Source of the DNA: Nitrospirota bacterium
GTDB lineage: Bacteria; Nitrospirota; UBA9217
Assembly: GCA_963754875.1 (NCBI GenBank)
Contig: CAVWHO010000020.1
Coordinates: forward strand, 64,001 to 128,000
Direction: 5' to 3'
DNA: 64,000 nucleotides
A program made the position numbers and the translations under genes. The notes under the pieces are model-generated. The model saw nothing but the letters and a program-made list of their open reading frames with translations, searched no databases and had not been told where the DNA came from. Position 1 is the stretch's first letter. The number at the start of each line of letters is the position of its first letter. This document shows, in pieces, positions 61,852 to 64,000 of this stretch.

Positions 61852-63753
61852 TCATCCCCGCAACACTCTCTTGTCCCCGACCCGCTGCGTCAGCTTCTGC
61901 GAGTCGAAGTATTCCATGAGCGGCACGGCGAACTTGCGCGAAGTTTTGGCCAGATCGCGGAACTCGGCCATGGAGATCTCTTTCTTGTCATCGAGGTACT
62001 TCTTGAGATCGGTCCTGACCTGCTCCAGAACATTTTTGTCGAGATGAATCGAGTCATTTATCCTGACTGTGCGGCCCTCGTCGGAGAGAAGTTTCATCAG
62101 GTCTTTGGCGTCTTTTTCCGTGATGCCGAAGAGAGCAGGGAGCTCTTCCCTGACCGGGGGCTGGGTCCCGCCTTTCGTGATGGCCTCGACGATCTTATTC
62201 TTGACCTCATCCTGGATTGCGCCGCGCGCTGCCTTGAACCCAGGGACCTTGAGCTTCGAACCTTCCGCCTCGATCTGCTTCTTTTTTACGAGTCCATCGA
62301 TCGTCGTGTTCAGGATTTTGGCGGAGACCCGCATTCTGAGCATGCCCTTGAGCTCTTCCTTGTCCAGGCCCGGTTTAAGCGGGTTGTCCTTGTGATACTG
62401 TTTGATAAAGTCGACGACTTTCTTTTCCAATGTCCCGAGATGCGTTGCATGTACATAGAGGTTGTCGACTCTTTGCGCCGTCTTCTTCTGGGTCAACGCT
62501 GCGAGGGCCGAAAGGATCGACTGTTTGTCCGCGGCAACAGCGCCGATGGCCTCTGCTTCTTCCATTCCTGCGAGGCCTTTACCGGAGATGAAGAGCCCCA
62601 GTATCTCTTCGAGCGTTCCTTTTTCGAGCGTGTCCAGGTCCTTGAGAGATTCCTGCATTGTCGCGGTTTTGTGCCGCCGCGTGTGGGGGGTCAGGACCAT
62701 GCCGCCGCCTAGGGTTTCCATGGGAGAATAGAAGCGGAGGATGTACCGGTCTCCGTGCTGGACGATCACGGGTTGGTCGAGCCGGAGTTGGACGTACGTT
62801 TCCTCGCCGGGAGCAATAACGTTCGACCCGAGGACGGTGATCCTGCCGATGGCCTCCTGCGTGGTGTTATAAAATCTGATGCGCGCGCCGGTTTTGAGTC
62901 CCCGCGGGGCCTGCTTCAAGAGATCGAGTTTTGCATCCAGCGTTTTGGTCGGTGTGAAGAACCCGGCGCTCACAATGGTATCTCCGCGCGAAAGTTGGTT
63001 TTTCTCAATCCCCTGAAGGTTTACGGCCGTACGCTGACCGGCAACGGAGCGCTGTACTGCCTGGTTATGGGACTGCATGCCTCGTACCTTCGTTTTGATG
63101 CCCTTCGGCACGATCTCTATCTCCTGGTCCGTGCTGATCGTGCCCGAGAGCAGCGTGCCGGTGATGACCGTGCCGAAGCCTTTCATGGTGAATACGCGGT
63201 CGATGGGAAGCCGCAGGATGCCGTTCGATGATTTCGGGGCAACTTCATTCGAAAGTTTCGCCAGCTCCGCGACGAGCGCAGGGAGGTTTTCCCCGGTTTT
63301 GGACGAGACAGGGACGATGGTGGATTTTTCCAGGAACGTGCCCTTGACGAAGTCGCGCACCTCGTCCTGCACTAGGGCAAGCCAGTCCTTTTCGACCATA
63401 TCCGTTTTGGTGAGGGCGATGATGCCTTTTTTGACGCGAAGGAGATCGCAGATGGCAAGATGCTCGCGGGTCTGGGGCATGATGCCTTCGTCGGCTGCGA
63501 TCACGAGCATGACGATGTCGATGCCGCCCACGCCGGCGAGCATGTTCTTGATCAGGCCTTCATGGCCGGGAACGTCGACGATGCCGAGGCGGTTGCCGCC
63601 GGGCAGATCGAGGGAAGCGAACCCGAGGTCGAGCGTGATGCCGCGCTCTTTTTCTTCTTTAAGGCGGTCCGGGTCAGTACCGGTCAGGGCCTTGACGAGG
63701 CTGGATTTTCCGTGGTCGATATGTCCGGCAGTGCCGAGGATGATGTATTTCAT
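61852..63753 (-). CDS. selB: Selenocysteine-specific elongation factor
   Basis: GTAGHIDHGKS, DVPGHE, winged-helix C-terminus SRKFAVPLMEYFD...R.GD.R. Confidence 0.97.
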   Translation of the reverse strand: MKYIILGTAGHIDHGKSSLVKALTGTDPDRLKEEKERGITLDLGFASLDLPGGNRLGIVDVPGHEGLIKNMLAGVGGIDIVMLVIAADEGIMPQTREHLAICDLLRVKKGIIALTKTDMVEKDWLALVQDEVRDFVKGTFLEKSTIVPVSSKTGENLPALVAELAKLSNEVAPKSSNGILRLPIDRVFTMKGFGTVITGTLLSGTISTDQEIEIVPKGIKTKVRGMQSHNQAVQRSVAGQRTAVNLQGIEKNQLSRGDTIVSAGFFTPTKTLDAKLDLLKQAPRGLKTGARIRFYNTTQEAIGRITVLGSNVIAPGEETYVQLRLDQPVIVQHGDRYILRFYSPMETLGGGMVLTPHTRRHKTATMQESLKDLDTLEKGTLEEILGLFISGKGLAGMEEAEAIGAVAADKQSILSALAALTQKKTAQRVDNLYVHATHLGTLEKKVVDFIKQYHKDNPLKPGLDKEELKGMLRMRVSAKILNTTIDGLVKKKQIEAEGSKLKVPGFKAARGAIQDEVKNKIVEAITKGGTQPPVREELPALFGITEKDAKDLMKLLSDEGRTVRINDSIHLDKNVLEQVRTDLKKYLDDKKEISMAEFRDLAKTSRKFAVPLMEYFDSQKLTQRVGDKRVLRG

Positions 63754-63830
63754 ATATCAGAAGCCAGAAGAGAGAAGTCAGAATTCAGAATACAGAAGGA
63801 AGGCGAATAATCGATTCGGTTTTCTCCTGA

Positions 63831-64000
63831 CTACCGGCTCCTGGCTGCTGACTCCTGAAGTATTCTCCTTAATGCCCCCACGATCTTTCCGATCTCTTCG
63901 TCATTCAGCGTCCGCGGGTCGAAAATGACCATGCCTTCCTTGATGCGCGTAATGATGTGCGGCTTGCCGAGGCGCAAGCCGGATTCGATCTGGTTTGCGC
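63831..64000 (-). CDS. selA: L-seryl-tRNA(Sec) selenium transferase, C-terminal end (partial)
   Basis: Manual translation ...LRLGKPHIITRIKEGMVIFDPRTLNDEE...; directly upstream of selB. Confidence 0.8.
   Translation of the reverse strand, partial: ANQIESGLRLGKPHIITRIKEGMVIFDPRTLNDEEIGKIVGALRRILQESAARSR

Noticed and set aside
63757..63860. Short heptamer-like repeats (cagaa..) between selA and selB, and gaaaatt repeats near 57533-57569
   Set aside because: Low-complexity intergenic repeats with no support for a specific function.

Overview
Bacterial window, probably from an anaerobe (Nitrospirota/Thermodesulfovibrionia- or Desulfobacterota-like; inferred from gene content only). The right end is a core selenocysteine locus on the minus strand: selA (partial), selB, a hypothetical gene, an MFS transporter, a Kef-type antiporter and tRNA-Sec (57416-57514). 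The 3' end of tRNA-Sec recurs at 41824, 29571 and 9095. These copies delimit a tandem array of at least three genomic islands (about 15.6, 12.3 and 20.5 kb), and probably a fourth running off the left edge. Each island is bounded by its own matching 11-bp-period arm-type repeats and an IHF-like site at fixed spacing, yet none encodes a recognisable integrase. Island C carries a Tat-exported copper thiocyanate dehydrogenase (TcDH) with a sigma54 promoter, ABC/Cu-handling genes, an NtrC-type two-component system, and a tatA preceded by an inverted duplicate of the tcdh promoter and 5' end. Island B carries a stand-alone Ni-CODH (CooS), regulators and an IS200 remnant. Island A carries a narC-G-H-J-fmdE-I nitrate reductase operon and redox-stress genes. 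Many single-base frameshifts, including in core genes, suggest assembly noise rather than true pseudogenes.
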